From Candidatus Dormiibacterota bacterium (lineage in GTDB: Bacteria > Chloroflexota > Dormibacteria > Aeolococcales > Bog-877): 64,000 bases of DNA. This document shows positions 27,040 through 37,499 of the stretch, one piece after another. Under the pieces are notes generated by a model. That model did not search any database. It was not told where the DNA came from and worked only from the letters and a program-made list of their open reading frames with translations. Both the position numbers and the translations under genes were made by a program. The DNA is taken from positions 26,170-90,169 of the forward strand of contig OY969577.1 in NCBI GenBank assembly GCA_963701235.1, read 5' to 3'. Each line of letters begins with the position of its first letter. Within the stretch, counting starts at the first letter, position 1.

Positions 27040-27249
27040 ACCTTTCACCTCTCGAAATTTCAGCACGTTGATACGACCCAGGTTCGAGTCTTCCGAAGTG
27101 GGAAACCCGCCATTTTCATCGTAGACCGAAACTAGATCCGCTGGTGGCTTTTGGGATTTGCGATCGCGCGGCGCATCTAGGCTCCAGTAGCCGTCGGTCT
27201 TGGAAATACAGCAACACACTATGGATGGAGCTCGAGCCGTGAGTAGGTC

Positions 27250-28632
27250 GTGGGAGTGAGCAAATCAAAACGTCCGTCGGACCCTGTCGCCCCAAACCGG
27301 ACCCAGCGTCGATCTAAACCAGCGCTCTCCCAGCGTCCCGCGCAGTCTGCCTGGCGTGACTACCTCGGCGCCACAGGTCCGGGACTGATCACCGGCGCCT
27401 CCGACGACGATCCCTCCGGCATCGCGACCTACTCCCAGGTGGGAGCTAGGTTTGGCCTCGCATTCCTCTGGACCGCCCTCCTGACTTTGCCCCTGATGGT
27501 GGGCATCCAGGAGATCTGCGATCGCACCGCACTCGCCACCGGCCACAACCTTGGAGAGCTGGCGGTAAAACGCTTCGCGCGAGTGGGCCGTGCCGTCATT
27601 GCTGCCCTGCTCATTGCGCTGATCGTGGCCAACGCACTGAACATAGCCGCCGATCTTGTGGCCATCGGAAGCGGAATGCAGCTACTCCATGCGGGCCCAA
27701 CCGCGGTTTGGGCACTGATCGCCGGGGTCCTGATCACAGCGCTCATCGTTATGGGGACGTTTGCCCGCATCGCGCTGGTCTTCAAAATCGTCGCCGCCGC
27801 GCTGCTGAGCTACCTCGTAGTTGCAGTTGTGGTTACCCACGACTGGGGCAACGTGGTGACCCACACGTTCATCCCCGAAATACGCTGGAACAAAGCGTAT
27901 CTGGCGCTGCTGGTCGCCGCATTGGGCACGACCATCTCACCCTACCTCTTCTTTTGGCAGAGCGGCCATCGACTCGAGGAGATGCGTGACGAACCACAGG
28001 GTGGTTCCGAGGCATTGCCGCTGCGACGGCGGACCTCACGGGCCGCGCGCCGCAAGCAGGGAACCAGCAGACTCGACGTGGTGGCGGGGATGAGCCTGTC
28101 CAACCTGGTGATGTTCGCCATCATTGCAACAACGGCCCAGACCCTCCACGCGCACGGCAAGACAAACATCCAGAGCGCCGCTCAAGCTGCCGCCGCACTG
28201 CAACCCATCGCTGGACATCTGTCGAGCGTCCTCTTCGCGCTAGGGTTTATCGGCAGCGGCCTGCTGGCGGTTCCGGTCCTGGCAGGCGCTGGTTCAGTGG
28301 GATTGGCAGGGCTTCTCGGCAAAGAGTGGGGTTTCTCGCGCTCTGTGCGCAAGGCTCCAGTCTTCTACGGGCTGGTCGCCATCGGATCGCTCGGAGGCAC
28401 AGCTCTGAGCTTGCTCCACGTCAATCCCATCGAACTGCTGGTACTGGTGGCCGTGATCAACGGCGTCGCGGCCGCACCCTTCCTCGTGGTGGTGATGCTG
28501 ATCTCCGGCGACCGTCGCATCATGCGAGGCTACGTCAACGGTAAGGTCGCCGCTGCAGTCGGCTGGCTGACGGTTGTGATCATGGCTGTCGCAGCAGTCG
28601 CTCTCTTCGCCAGCGGCGGAGTCAGCCTCTAG
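27250..28632 (+). CDS. NRAMP-related cation transporter with non-canonical metal-site residues
   Basis: 460 aa, multi-TM. The TM1 motif reads DDDPSGIAT where canonical NRAMPs have DPGN. The TM6 motif reads GTTISPYLFFWQS where canonical NRAMPs have GAxVMPHNLYLHS. Confidence 0.8.
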   Translation: MGVSKSKRPSDPVAPNRTQRRSKPALSQRPAQSAWRDYLGATGPGLITGASDDDPSGIATYSQVGARFGLAFLWTALLTLPLMVGIQEICDRTALATGHNLGELAVKRFARVGRAVIAALLIALIVANALNIAADLVAIGSGMQLLHAGPTAVWALIAGVLITALIVMGTFARIALVFKIVAAALLSYLVVAVVVTHDWGNVVTHTFIPEIRWNKAYLALLVAALGTTISPYLFFWQSGHRLEEMRDEPQGGSEALPLRRRTSRAARRKQGTSRLDVVAGMSLSNLVMFAIIATTAQTLHAHGKTNIQSAAQAAAALQPIAGHLSSVLFALGFIGSGLLAVPVLAGAGSVGLAGLLGKEWGFSRSVRKAPVFYGLVAIGSLGGTALSLLHVNPIELLVLVAVINGVAAAPFLVVVMLISGDRRIMRGYVNGKVAAAVGWLTVVIMAVAAVALFASGGVSL

Positions 28633-28806
28633 CGGTGAGCGCGAACGCTACCACGCCGACCCCGCTCGCGACGCCGTGGATTACAACCGCCGGCAGAATT
28701 TCTTCCAACCCGGGACCTCCAGCGGCCACTCGGACGTCACCGATGGCCCTGGCTTGCGCACGATCCCCGATAGCTCTCTCTTCACTGATGCACGGACTCC
28801 GCAGTT

Positions 28807-29337
28807 CTAGATCTCGGCGATCATGTCCTCAGCATCCGCCGCCGCCTCATCACCTCTGGCCCGAAGGCTTTCAAGTTCTTCCACCGCAGCTTCAACCGTC
28901 CTCACCAGACCTTCGATGCACTGTTCGACCACCTTGGGCTCCTCTCCCAGGAGAGCGGCCCCGAGCGCAGCCAGCGCCGTCTGCTCCCAGACGTTTCCCT
29001 TTTCTATGAGCTCTCGGCCTGATTCGGTAGCTGTCAGACAGATAGACCGGCGATCCAGAGCGTCTCTCTCCCGAGTCACGAGCTCCACCTCTACCAGCCG
29101 ATCGACAACCGTGGTGGTTCCGGCTTGTGTCATCCGGAGCCGGTTCGCCAACTCGCTCATCCGAATTGTCCCTGCGGCGATCACATACAGTGCGTGCGCC
29201 TGGCGGCTCGACAGCCCGGGCCCTTCTGGGACGGCGCCGTCGGTGACCGGGCGAAAAAGGACGTGTATATCGTCGTGCAGCCGTGCCAGTTCCCTAAGCA
29301 CGCGCTCAGCCGCGATAGGCTCGGCTTCCCCATCCAT
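28807..29337 (-). CDS. MarR family transcriptional regulator
   Basis: Winged-helix core IRMSELANRLRMTQAGTTTVVDRLVEVELVTRERDALDRR. ATG at 29337 within tracked ORF 28807..29415. Confidence 0.85.
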   Translation of the reverse strand: MDGEAEPIAAERVLRELARLHDDIHVLFRPVTDGAVPEGPGLSSRQAHALYVIAAGTIRMSELANRLRMTQAGTTTVVDRLVEVELVTRERDALDRRSICLTATESGRELIEKGNVWEQTALAALGAALLGEEPKVVEQCIEGLVRTVEAAVEELESLRARGDEAAADAEDMIAEI

Positions 29338-29352
29338 GCTTTGGCCCCCAAG

Positions 29353-29363
29353 TCGAGTCTCGA
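29353..29363. promoter_or_regulatory. Palindrome TCGAG-T-CTCGA 16 nt upstream of the MarR start
   Basis: Perfect 5-1-5 palindrome read directly from the sequence. MarR proteins commonly autoregulate through palindromic sites. Confidence 0.25.
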
Positions 29364-29647
29364 TACAAACAACCTGGGATGGACGGCTCGACGCGCACAG
29401 ACCAGTTCTTGGCAACGTAGCACAGACTCGCAGACGGGCCGCCGCAGCAGTTCGAGCCGCGTCCTCGGGATCTCAAATCACGGGATCACCGCCCTCAAGG
29501 GGACCTCTTGTCGGCACGCAAGGGATGGGCACGCCGGAGCCAATACCGAAGCACGGTTGTGCCTCCTAGCGGGCCAAACGCGGTACCTGCCCGCACAACT
29601 GGCACCCGTTTCGCAAGCTAGCTAGATCCCCCGCGGTCACGCCCCGG

Positions 29648-31168
29648 CTAGCCCGGGCGCAGCTCGCGGACCGTGTCGATTGTGTCCGCCTCTGCCCAGG
29701 ATTTGTCGTCCCGGTAGCGCAGTACCCGCGCGAACCTGAGGGCCAACCCGCCCGGGTACCGGGGGGAAGTCTGGACACCGTCGAAGGCGACCTCCACAAC
29801 TAACCTCGGGAGCACTGTGACAGTGATGCCTTCACGCCCGACCTCTAGCTCAAGAAGTGCCTGCGTCTGCCATCTCAGCATCTCGTCGGTGAGGCCTTTG
29901 AAGGTCTTTCCCAGCATCACGAATCCCCCGGCGTCATCCCGGGCACCGAGATGTAGGTTGGAGAGCCATCCCTGGCGGCGCCCGTGACCCCATTCCGCGG
30001 CCAGAACCACCAGATCGAGTGTGTGCCGCGGCTTGACTTTGACCCAACCGTCTCCGCGGCGGCCGGCCTGATAGGGCGCGTCTAGTGCTTTGACCATCAC
30101 CCCCTCATGGCCGCGCGCCAGCGCATCCCTCATGAACTCGGTCGCTGAGTCCAAGGTCGCATCGAGGAGACGAGGAACGGTCGCTCCCACGGGCAGCAGT
30201 TTGGCTCCGATGCGGATGCGATCGCGGGTAGGGAGGTCGATCAGATCCTCTCCCTCCAGATGAAGGATGTCGAAGAAAAAGGGCGTGAGCGGCACCGTCG
30301 TGCGAAGGGAAGCGGGGTCACCTCGGTAAGCAACCCGGGCGGACGTCTCTTGAAACGGTCGCGGCCGGCCGTCGTCGCGTAGTGCTATCACCTCACCGTC
30401 AAGAATGAAGTTGTCGGCGGGTAAGTGCCGCACCGCCTCGACCACTTCAGGGATGCGCTCCCCGATCGGCTCCAAGGTGCGAGTAAAGACGCCGATCGAC
30501 TCTCCGATCCGGTGCACCTGAGCCCGAAGCCCGTCCAACTTCCACTCCACTGCCGCCGGGGCCGCTCGGAGAAGCGCGGCGTCAAGGGACGATGCGGACT
30601 TCGCCAGCATCGGCAGGACGGGTGTGCCGACTCGTAGCCTGAAGCGAGCCAGGCCGGCCTCTCCCTCACCGAGGGCCACTGCCGAAACCTCGACCAGATC
30701 ACCCGCGAGCATCGCCGCGCGACGCAGGCTGGCGATGCTGACCGAAGCAGCCTTAGCGACCGCTTCGGTGACGACCCCCTGAAGGGCTCCTTGGCGGAGC
30801 TCACCGCTCAGCAACTGCTTCAGGAAGCGTTGCTCGAGGGTCGTCGCCTGAACCAGCAGCCGCCCCAGCTTCTCGCGACGCTCTCGGGCGGACCCGGTCC
30901 CCCCAATTCGCTCGATCTCCGCGAGCGCTGCGTCGACCTCCGTCAATGTCAGAGTCGCGTTATCGGTCGGCTGCCACGACTGGGTGAGGTCCGACCAAGT
31001 GATGCCCAGACGCTTCTGGCGCGGCTCACCGGCCAGGTAACTGACCGCGATGCGCACGTCTGAAGCCGCGGCCTCACGCAACAGGGTCGCGATTCGAGCA
31101 ACTTTCTCTTTACGGGAGCGGGTTGAGGCGACAGCCTCCGAGCACGCCACCAAGTCCGCGAGCTGCAC
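29648..31168 (-). CDS. ligB: ATP-dependent DNA ligase, LigB-type (506 aa)
   Basis: N-terminal DNA-binding domain, adenylation motif EWKLDGLRAQV, and an OB-fold tail ending LRFARVLRYRDDK. Confidence 0.9.
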   Translation of the reverse strand: MQLADLVACSEAVASTRSRKEKVARIATLLREAAASDVRIAVSYLAGEPRQKRLGITWSDLTQSWQPTDNATLTLTEVDAALAEIERIGGTGSARERREKLGRLLVQATTLEQRFLKQLLSGELRQGALQGVVTEAVAKAASVSIASLRRAAMLAGDLVEVSAVALGEGEAGLARFRLRVGTPVLPMLAKSASSLDAALLRAAPAAVEWKLDGLRAQVHRIGESIGVFTRTLEPIGERIPEVVEAVRHLPADNFILDGEVIALRDDGRPRPFQETSARVAYRGDPASLRTTVPLTPFFFDILHLEGEDLIDLPTRDRIRIGAKLLPVGATVPRLLDATLDSATEFMRDALARGHEGVMVKALDAPYQAGRRGDGWVKVKPRHTLDLVVLAAEWGHGRRQGWLSNLHLGARDDAGGFVMLGKTFKGLTDEMLRWQTQALLELEVGREGITVTVLPRLVVEVAFDGVQTSPRYPGGLALRFARVLRYRDDKSWAEADTIDTVRELRPG

Positions 31169-31266
31169 ATGCCCAGTCTCCGACTTCAGCCGCTTGCAGT
31201 CATACAGGCGCCACTCAAACGCAAGGACTGAGATCCACCCCGACGCCCAAGGCGAGGTTGCGAATG

Positions 31267-32184
31267 CTACTCGGTGAGGGAGACCACCTTGCGGGGAAGA
31301 GTGACGTAACTGTCGTGACCCTCCTCCCAGGCGACGTAGCTGCTGCCCGCTCTGGTACCGACGCCCGTGTGGTGGCCAGCCATATCGACTGCGACCAACT
31401 GAAAGGTTGGCTCCGCGCCGGGAATCTTCAGGTCGCCTAATTCGCGGATAGCCGATTCCGCGGCGGCCTGCAGGGAGAGCCCGGCCGCCATCCCGCTTAC
31501 CACCGTATGGGCGGTTACTCCGCGGATGGCGAGCTCACCCCAGCCGGTGCAGGCTGCAGCTCCGTATCTGTCGTCACAGTAGTTGCCGGCCCCAATCACG
31601 GGGGAGTCCCCGAGTCGGCCAGGATATTTCCAAGCCCATCCGCTGGTGCTGACAGCGGAAGCAACATGCCCGGCCTTGTCAATGGCCAGAAAATTGACAG
31701 TGCCGGCGATGCGCTCGGGGTCACGGAAAAGGCTGGAGAGCCGGCTGAGCAGAAGGTAGTGTTCGTCGGTCTCCTTGCCATCACCCTCGACCACGTTGCG
31801 CCAGGCCGACTCGGAGTCGGAGGTCAGTAGGTCCTCGGGAACCATCCCGATCTCGGCGGCCAGCCGCGCCGCCCCTTCGCCGACAACCATCACATGGGGC
31901 AGCCGTTCCATCACCGCGCGGGCAATCGTGATCGGGTGGCGGTAGCCCTGGACGGCACCAACGGCGCCCGCCCGCCGCGTTGCGCCATCCATAAGAGAGG
32001 CGTCGAGCTCGACCGCGCCGAGCAGATTGGGGTACCCGCTGTATCCCACCGAGTGATCTGCGGGGTTGTCCTCGACCTCGCGGGTGGCCGCCTCCACAGC
32101 GTCGAGGGCAGACCCTCCGCCGGATAGGATCCGCCAGCCGGCGTCCATCCCGACGGAACCGTTTGCGCTCGCGACTAGCAGCAT
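31267..32184 (-). CDS. Ntn-hydrolase of the isoaspartyl peptidase / L-asparaginase (Asparaginase_2) family
   Basis: GTVNFLAIDKAGHVASAVSTSG (autoprocessing Thr context) and GDSPVIGAGNY. Confidence 0.85.
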   Translation of the reverse strand: MLLVASANGSVGMDAGWRILSGGGSALDAVEAATREVEDNPADHSVGYSGYPNLLGAVELDASLMDGATRRAGAVGAVQGYRHPITIARAVMERLPHVMVVGEGAARLAAEIGMVPEDLLTSDSESAWRNVVEGDGKETDEHYLLLSRLSSLFRDPERIAGTVNFLAIDKAGHVASAVSTSGWAWKYPGRLGDSPVIGAGNYCDDRYGAAACTGWGELAIRGVTAHTVVSGMAAGLSLQAAAESAIRELGDLKIPGAEPTFQLVAVDMAGHHTGVGTRAGSSYVAWEEGHDSYVTLPRKVVSLTE

Positions 32185-32260
32185 CTCCGGAGATTATCGC
32201 GGAGCGGAGCTCGGCAGGGCAGCGCCCAGCCGGACGGGTGGCCGCTATTCTTTTGGGCCG

Positions 32261-33025
32261 ATGGCAGCCCAAGCAACGGGATCAACAACGGGGGCGGCCG
32301 GAGCCAGAATCGCACTTGTCACCGGAGCCGGGCGCGGCATAGGTGCTGCCATCGCCAAGCGGCTGTCGGCCGATGGCTTCGCGGTAGCGCTCGTTGATGT
32401 TGATACCCGCGCGGTCGAGGAGGCGGCCCAGGCTCTACCCCTCGCCGTCGCATTCGGGTGCGACGTCAGCGACGCCCGCGCAGTCGGAGAGCTCCGGACG
32501 GCAGTTGAGCAGCAGCTGGGACCGCCCTGGTTGCTGGTAAACGCGGCGGGTGTGTTCTTCGTCCATCGGGTCCCAGACCTAGATGAAGAGGGTTGGGACC
32601 GCACCATCGATGTTAACCTCAAGGGTCCCTTCCTCACCTGCCGCGCGCTGCTGCCGGCAATGCTCGCGGCCAAGTCTGGATGCATCATCAACATCGCCTC
32701 CACGGCAGGGCTTCGTGGTGGCCATGACCGGGCGGCTTACTGCGCATCCAAGGCTGGGCTGGTGATGTTCACCCGTTCCCTTGCTCTCGACCACGGCGCC
32801 GACGGAGTACGGGTTAATTGCGTCTGCCCCGGTTTGATCGATACTCCCATGGCCGACTGGATCACGACCCGGCCCCAGGCGCTGGAGCAGTGGCGACAGG
32901 GAGTGCCCGCACAAAGAATCGGCGTTCCCAACGACATTGCCGGTGTGGTCGCCTTCCTCGCCTCTCCGGACGCCGACTACATCCACGGGTCGGTTCTGCT
33001 CGTCGACGGCGGCGTAAGCGCCTGA
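32261..33025 (+). CDS. SDR family oxidoreductase (FabG-like)
   Basis: TGAGRGIGAAIA Rossmann motif, the YCASK catalytic motif, and a typical C-terminus (YIHGSVLLVDGG). ATG at 32261. Confidence 0.9.
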   Translation: MAAQATGSTTGAAGARIALVTGAGRGIGAAIAKRLSADGFAVALVDVDTRAVEEAAQALPLAVAFGCDVSDARAVGELRTAVEQQLGPPWLLVNAAGVFFVHRVPDLDEEGWDRTIDVNLKGPFLTCRALLPAMLAAKSGCIINIASTAGLRGGHDRAAYCASKAGLVMFTRSLALDHGADGVRVNCVCPGLIDTPMADWITTRPQALEQWRQGVPAQRIGVPNDIAGVVAFLASPDADYIHGSVLLVDGGVSA

Positions 33026-33073
33026 GCACTGGCGGCTGGATCGACGGGAGGCGGGGGTGGCTGGCGTGTCCGG

Positions 33074-33388
33074 TCAGGCCACCGTAGTGATGTAAGCGCC
33101 GACGAGAGTTGCCGGCTGCTGGTCCACTTCGCCGGAACGGCGATCCGAGTGGTCCTGCTGAAAATGGTGAAACGCGGCACTGGACGTGATCGGGTTCACC
33201 TCGTCATCACCATGGTTGTGGAAGGAGACGTGAACAAAGAAATCGTCGGCGAGCCGTAGGACGATGTAACTGACGTTGCCCGGCCTGGTTGCCGCCAGGT
33301 CGGCAAAGACAGCCTCGACTCGTCGCTGATTCTCGTCCGCCGCCTCAGCGGACTTAGTGGCATAGTGGGTAACTAATCGCTTCTGCAT
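33074..33388 (-). CDS. Hypothetical protein (104 aa)
   Basis: ATG at 33388 is preceded by GGAGGAGGAG. No motif recognised. The tracked ORF extends to 33565. Confidence 0.5.
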   Translation of the reverse strand: MQKRLVTHYATKSAEAADENQRRVEAVFADLAATRPGNVSYIVLRLADDFFVHVSFHNHGDDEVNPITSSAAFHHFQQDHSDRRSGEVDQQPATLVGAYITTVA

Positions 33389-33601
33389 TACAGACTCCTC
33401 CTCCGATGCGTATGCCATTCCACAAAGCCGGGAAGCGCAGCCTTGGCCAAGGCACGCTGGCCCTAGTAGGGCGCGACCTCCTCCGCCTGCGTCGCGACGA
33501 GATTGCATGACCCCAGCAGCTGCATTGTCAGGATATCGACCCCGTTCATGACGATCTTCCACCAAGAGCGTGGACTACCGCAGCCTTTCTCGTGCGTGGT
33601 G

Positions 33602-33677
33602 CTGGAGCGGGAGACGGGTCTCGAACCCGCGACCTTCTGCTTGGGAAGCAGACGCTCTACCAACTGAGCTACTCCCG
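33602..33677 (-). tRNA. tRNA-Gly(CCC): tRNA-Gly, anticodon CCC, CCA encoded
   Basis: The reverse complement reads GCGGGAGTAGCTCAGTTGGTAGAGCGTCTGCTTCCCAAGCAGAAGGTCGCGGGTTCGAGACCCGTCTCCCGCTCCA. It folds as a cloverleaf with a 7-bp acceptor stem, anticodon loop TTCCCAA and a TTCGAGA T-loop. Confidence 0.97.
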
Positions 33678-33742
33678 CGTGCGGGCGCGAGTATAGCGTT
33701 CGCTCACTCGCGCCTTGCCCGCGACGTTGGCGCGGTCCATGA

Positions 33743-36310
33743 TCACGTGGGCAGTTGTTCCGAAACAAGCGGCGGCACCGGCAACGTCGCGATGGTGCCA
33801 TCGGCACCCATGCACCGCTCCACGGTAGTTGCGACAGCCTGAACGTATGCCGCCAGCTCCCGGCTGGCATCCGCCGCGGTTGCCAGCGAGGCGATCACCC
33901 GGTAACTGGGCCGGTCGGGGTCGGGAAGGACCAGGACCCAACCGCCCGCGACCGCGACCTTGAGGCCGTCGGTGAGGTCGAGGCGCTCGCTGCGGTGGCT
34001 ATCGACAAGCAGCCGCATGACCTCGCCCTTGACGTCCCAGGGACAGGCCACGGTCTCCTCCAGGTGGCCGGCAGCGGGCAACTCGCGCCGAAGCTCCGAG
34101 AGCCGGGTCTGAGTGGTGACCAGCATCTCGATCGTGGTCAGCAGGGTGTACATGGCGTCGTAGGCGCTCAGATGCGAGGGCCAGACGAATCCGCCCGTCT
34201 CGTCGAAGGCGACCAGAGCCTCGCTGCGAGTGGCGGCCCTGACGATCGAGGCGGCGTCGGCCCGGGTCAGGACCAACTTGCCACCATTGCCGGCAACCAC
34301 CAGCTCCATCCGCCGCGATGCCGAAACCGGGGCGACAACTGCGCCGGGGCCCTTGGCCCGGAGCGTCAGCAGCGCCATCAGGCTGGTCGCCTCCTCGTAG
34401 TCGATGATCACGCCCTCATCGTCGATCAGGACCAGCCGCTGCGAGGACGGATCCAAACGCGCTCCCAGCAGCGCCGTCACGGTTTTGGTGATGGCTGAGG
34501 CCTGCTCCAGCTCCTCGTCGCGATTGCGAGCCTGAGGCCAGAGCCCCGCGGCCTCCTCGAATCCGGAGCGTAGAGTGATGGCCTCGACGTGAGCCTCCCG
34601 GAGCAGGTTGGGGAGAATCATCGACGCGCTGCTGAATCCAAAATCCACCAGCACCCGGGGATGCGCGTCTCGAACCGCGCCCAGATTCAGCTCCGAGGTG
34701 GCGTGGGCACCGTACTTCTGGAGGGCGCCATCGGCGAAGCCGATGTCGGTGATCTCCCCAGGGAGCACGCGGCGGAAGTCCTCACGGAAGAAGGTGTTCT
34801 CCAGCCGCCTCTCCTGACGCCGGTCGAGTGCCACCCCCTTCTCGTCCAGCACCATGACGTCAGCTGACCTGGCGTCCAGCGGTGAGGCCAGCACGTGCAC
34901 CGAGCCCAGGACGGCTGACTCGCGAGTGTAGTGGCAGGTGACCGGGACCGGGAGCTCGGACAGGTCGACCACCTGGGCCCCTGCCGAAAGCATCCCCGAG
35001 ATCATCGCCCGCTTGATCATTCCCGAGCCGGGGCTGCGGTCACGGCAAATGGCCAGAAGGCTCCCACGAGGCTGGGTGGCGGACCAGGCGGCGCCGAGCC
35101 GGGCACACCACTCCGGGGTCAGCTCAACATTGATGATGCCGGTGATCCCGGACTTGCTGAAGAGGCTGCTGCGCCAGGTCCCGGCCCAGATGACGGACTC
35201 GTGGACCACCGAGCCGGGCTCGATGTCCTTGCCCGGCCAGATGCGTACCCCCTGTTCCACCACCGAACGGGCTCCGATGGTGCAGTCGTCACCGATCACG
35301 CTGGCGTCCTCCAGCAGGACGTCGGGCTTGAGGGTGGCCGAGCTGCAGACCACGCTCTGACGCAGTCGACTGCGTTCGCCGATGTAGACCTGGGGCCAGA
35401 TCACGCTGTTGCTGACCTTGGCCCCGGCGTCGACGACTGCGTAGCGGTCGACCACCACCGGACCGTTGAGGAAGGCGGCGTGCCCTATCACCGCGTCTCG
35501 GCCGATAAAGGCGGGGCCTTCGATTCGGGCGGTGTCCGCGACCGTGGCTCCCTCGTTGATCCACTGTGAGGGCCCGGTTCGCTGTCCGGCGATCTCGCAC
35601 ACCACCCGGCCCTCGAGGGCGTCCCAGTTGGCTTGCAGGTAGCTCTGCACGCTGCCGATGTCACACCAGTAGCCCCGTCCCACCGTGGCCCAGAGCGAGT
35701 CTCGGCGCCGAAGCATCTCCGGGAAGACGTCCTGGGACCAGTCGCTGGGCTCCCCCTCTGGGCAGTACTCCAGAACCGCGGGCTCCACCACGTAAATGCC
35801 GGTGTTGACCTGATCGCTGAAAACCTCGCCCCAGGACGGCTTCTCCAAGAAACGTTCGATGCGTCCGTCGGCGGCGGTGATAACCACCCCGTACTCGAGC
35901 GGATTGGGCACTCGCGCCAATACCAGCGTGGCCTGGGATACGTGGTCGCGGTGGAAGGCGACCGCTTGGGTGAGGTCAACGTCGGTGAGGGCGTCGCCGC
36001 TGATGACGACGAAGGTCTCGTCCAAAAGACTGGCGGCATTCTTGACGCTGCCAGCCGTGCCCAGGGGCCGGTCCTCGACCACGTACTCCAGGTGCATCCC
36101 CAGGTCGGCACCGTCACCGAAGTAGTTGCGGATGCTGGCTCCCAGATACTGCAGGGTGATGATCACCTCGGTGATCCCATGACGACGGAGCAGCCGGAGC
36201 ACGTGCTCCATGCACGGTCTCCCCACCACTGGCACCAATGGCTTGGGACGGCGGCTGGTGAGAGGGCGCAGGCGGCTGCCCTCGCCTCCGGCCATCACGA
36301 CCGCTTTCAT
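33743..36310 (-). CDS. Sugar-1-phosphate nucleotidyltransferase + left-handed beta-helix + phosphomannomutase-like module (fusion, 855 aa)
   Basis: N-terminus [28 protein letters not shown], hexapeptide-repeat middle region, and a C-terminal half colinear with PGM/PMM. The mutase-like loops read LASPLD (canonical TASHNP) and LDPSSQR (canonical DGDGDR). Confidence 0.85.
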   Translation of the reverse strand: MKAVVMAGGEGSRLRPLTSRRPKPLVPVVGRPCMEHVLRLLRRHGITEVIITLQYLGASIRNYFGDGADLGMHLEYVVEDRPLGTAGSVKNAASLLDETFVVISGDALTDVDLTQAVAFHRDHVSQATLVLARVPNPLEYGVVITAADGRIERFLEKPSWGEVFSDQVNTGIYVVEPAVLEYCPEGEPSDWSQDVFPEMLRRRDSLWATVGRGYWCDIGSVQSYLQANWDALEGRVVCEIAGQRTGPSQWINEGATVADTARIEGPAFIGRDAVIGHAAFLNGPVVVDRYAVVDAGAKVSNSVIWPQVYIGERSRLRQSVVCSSATLKPDVLLEDASVIGDDCTIGARSVVEQGVRIWPGKDIEPGSVVHESVIWAGTWRSSLFSKSGITGIINVELTPEWCARLGAAWSATQPRGSLLAICRDRSPGSGMIKRAMISGMLSAGAQVVDLSELPVPVTCHYTRESAVLGSVHVLASPLDARSADVMVLDEKGVALDRRQERRLENTFFREDFRRVLPGEITDIGFADGALQKYGAHATSELNLGAVRDAHPRVLVDFGFSSASMILPNLLREAHVEAITLRSGFEEAAGLWPQARNRDEELEQASAITKTVTALLGARLDPSSQRLVLIDDEGVIIDYEEATSLMALLTLRAKGPGAVVAPVSASRRMELVVAGNGGKLVLTRADAASIVRAATRSEALVAFDETGGFVWPSHLSAYDAMYTLLTTIEMLVTTQTRLSELRRELPAAGHLEETVACPWDVKGEVMRLLVDSHRSERLDLTDGLKVAVAGGWVLVLPDPDRPSYRVIASLATAADASRELAAYVQAVATTVERCMGADGTIATLPVPPLVSEQLPT

Positions 36311-36377
36311 CCGAGCATTTCCTGACCCGCCCTGTTGGCGCGCGGCCTGCCCCGTGCCCCTCGGCCCCGCAATTCGA

Positions 36378-37496
36378 TCATACGGAGAGGGAGTGGTTCC
36401 GACGGCTCAAATACCAGAGCGCTAGCAAGGTCAGGAGGGCTGCGATCAGGGTCACAGCCGCGGTCCCCAGGAGTTCCGCGGTCTGCCCGGACGGACTGTA
36501 AACCGGCGGCTCGGGGAGAATCTGGAGCCGATGCAGGAAGAGTCCGGCGGGCGAGGTTGCCACCACATAGCCGCGGGCCTTCGAGCCAAAGACGGGACCG
36601 ACGGTGGCCAGGGAGGAGATGGCGGCCTCCGGGGGGGCGGCGCGGTACCAGGAGTAGCCGCCGTCCGTCGTCAGCAGAGTGCCGAAGCCATCGGTCGCCA
36701 GGTAGGCCGCCCCCTTCCCGTCCGCCGCCAAGGAGGAGGGTTGGGGCACTCCGCCCAGCCCCCCGTAGGGCAGCAGCTGAAAGGCTCGGGACCAGCGCCG
36801 GCCGGCGCCCCGCCAGACCAGGCCTCCGGGTTCCGCGACCAGGATCGAGCCGTCGGAGAGCTCTGCCATGACACGGGTTTTGCCATCGAAGAGTGGGGCC
36901 CCCGGAGCTGGCGCCCAGGCCCGGCCCGCAGGTCGGGTCCAGAGTTTTCCGGCGACCAGTGCCTGCCAGGCCAGCCCGGGACGGGTTGGAGCCAGCACCA
37001 GGCGGGCTGCGCCGGGAGTGACCAGGGAAAGGCGGTCGCCCACCCGCCCGCTGTAGAGGCCGCGGGAGGTGGCGAGCGCGAGCATCAACTGTTGACCACC
37101 GAACACAGCCACCGCCCTGGGGACGCCAGGCACCGAAGGGACGAGGTGCCAGGTCCCGCCAGCCTCGGTAACCTCGATCAGAGCGCCCCGGCTGAAGGCG
37201 ACCACCCCGCGGCCGTCTTCGGCCGCAACGGCCACCGCCAGCCCCGGGGGGTGCCCCGTCCCCAATCCGGGGATCTCGGCGAAGCGTCCGGTACTAGGCC
37301 GGTACCACCCGGGGACCCCCTCGGAGATCGCCAGGGTCGTCGACCCCTGGTTGGTGGCCATCGCCGAGATCGATCCGGCGCTCGAAGGAGACCGCACCCA
37401 CCAAGACCCGGCCGCCTCGGCCGGAAGCAGCAGGGCCGTGAGGGTTAGGCCCACCACCACCAGAGTCCCGGCCACCAGCCCGCGCGCCATGCGCAT
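36378..37496 (-). CDS. Exported repeat protein (beta-propeller-like, one Asp-box) with a C-terminal membrane anchor
   Basis: N-terminal signal-like segment [18 protein letters not shown], the Asp-box-like motif TTDGGYSWY, and a C-terminal TM ([22 protein letters not shown]). The start lies 3 nt after the stop of the CPBP gene. Confidence 0.55.
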   Translation of the reverse strand: MRMARGLVAGTLVVVGLTLTALLLPAEAAGSWWVRSPSSAGSISAMATNQGSTTLAISEGVPGWYRPSTGRFAEIPGLGTGHPPGLAVAVAAEDGRGVVAFSRGALIEVTEAGGTWHLVPSVPGVPRAVAVFGGQQLMLALATSRGLYSGRVGDRLSLVTPGAARLVLAPTRPGLAWQALVAGKLWTRPAGRAWAPAPGAPLFDGKTRVMAELSDGSILVAEPGGLVWRGAGRRWSRAFQLLPYGGLGGVPQPSSLAADGKGAAYLATDGFGTLLTTDGGYSWYRAAPPEAAISSLATVGPVFGSKARGYVVATSPAGLFLHRLQILPEPPVYSPSGQTAELLGTAAVTLIAALLTLLALWYLSRRNHSLSV

Positions 37497-37499
37497 CTG

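Noticed and set aside
27132-27180. An imperfect inverted repeat CTAGATCCGC...GCGCATCTAG upstream of the NRAMP-like gene, as a possible Mn riboswitch or MntR site.
   Set aside because: It has one mismatch and a 29-nt spacer, and it shows no resemblance to the yybP-ykoY core. That is insufficient to call.
33074-33677. A genomic island integrated at the tRNA-Gly 3' end.
   Set aside because: There is no integrase, no repeat of the tRNA 3' end, and no composition shift downstream of the tRNA. The neighbours are ordinary metabolic genes.
33463-33870. A 135-aa ORF on the minus strand spanning 33602..33677.
   Set aside because: It is a translation artefact across the tRNA-Gly gene (the HAGVAQLVERLLPKQKVAGS stretch).
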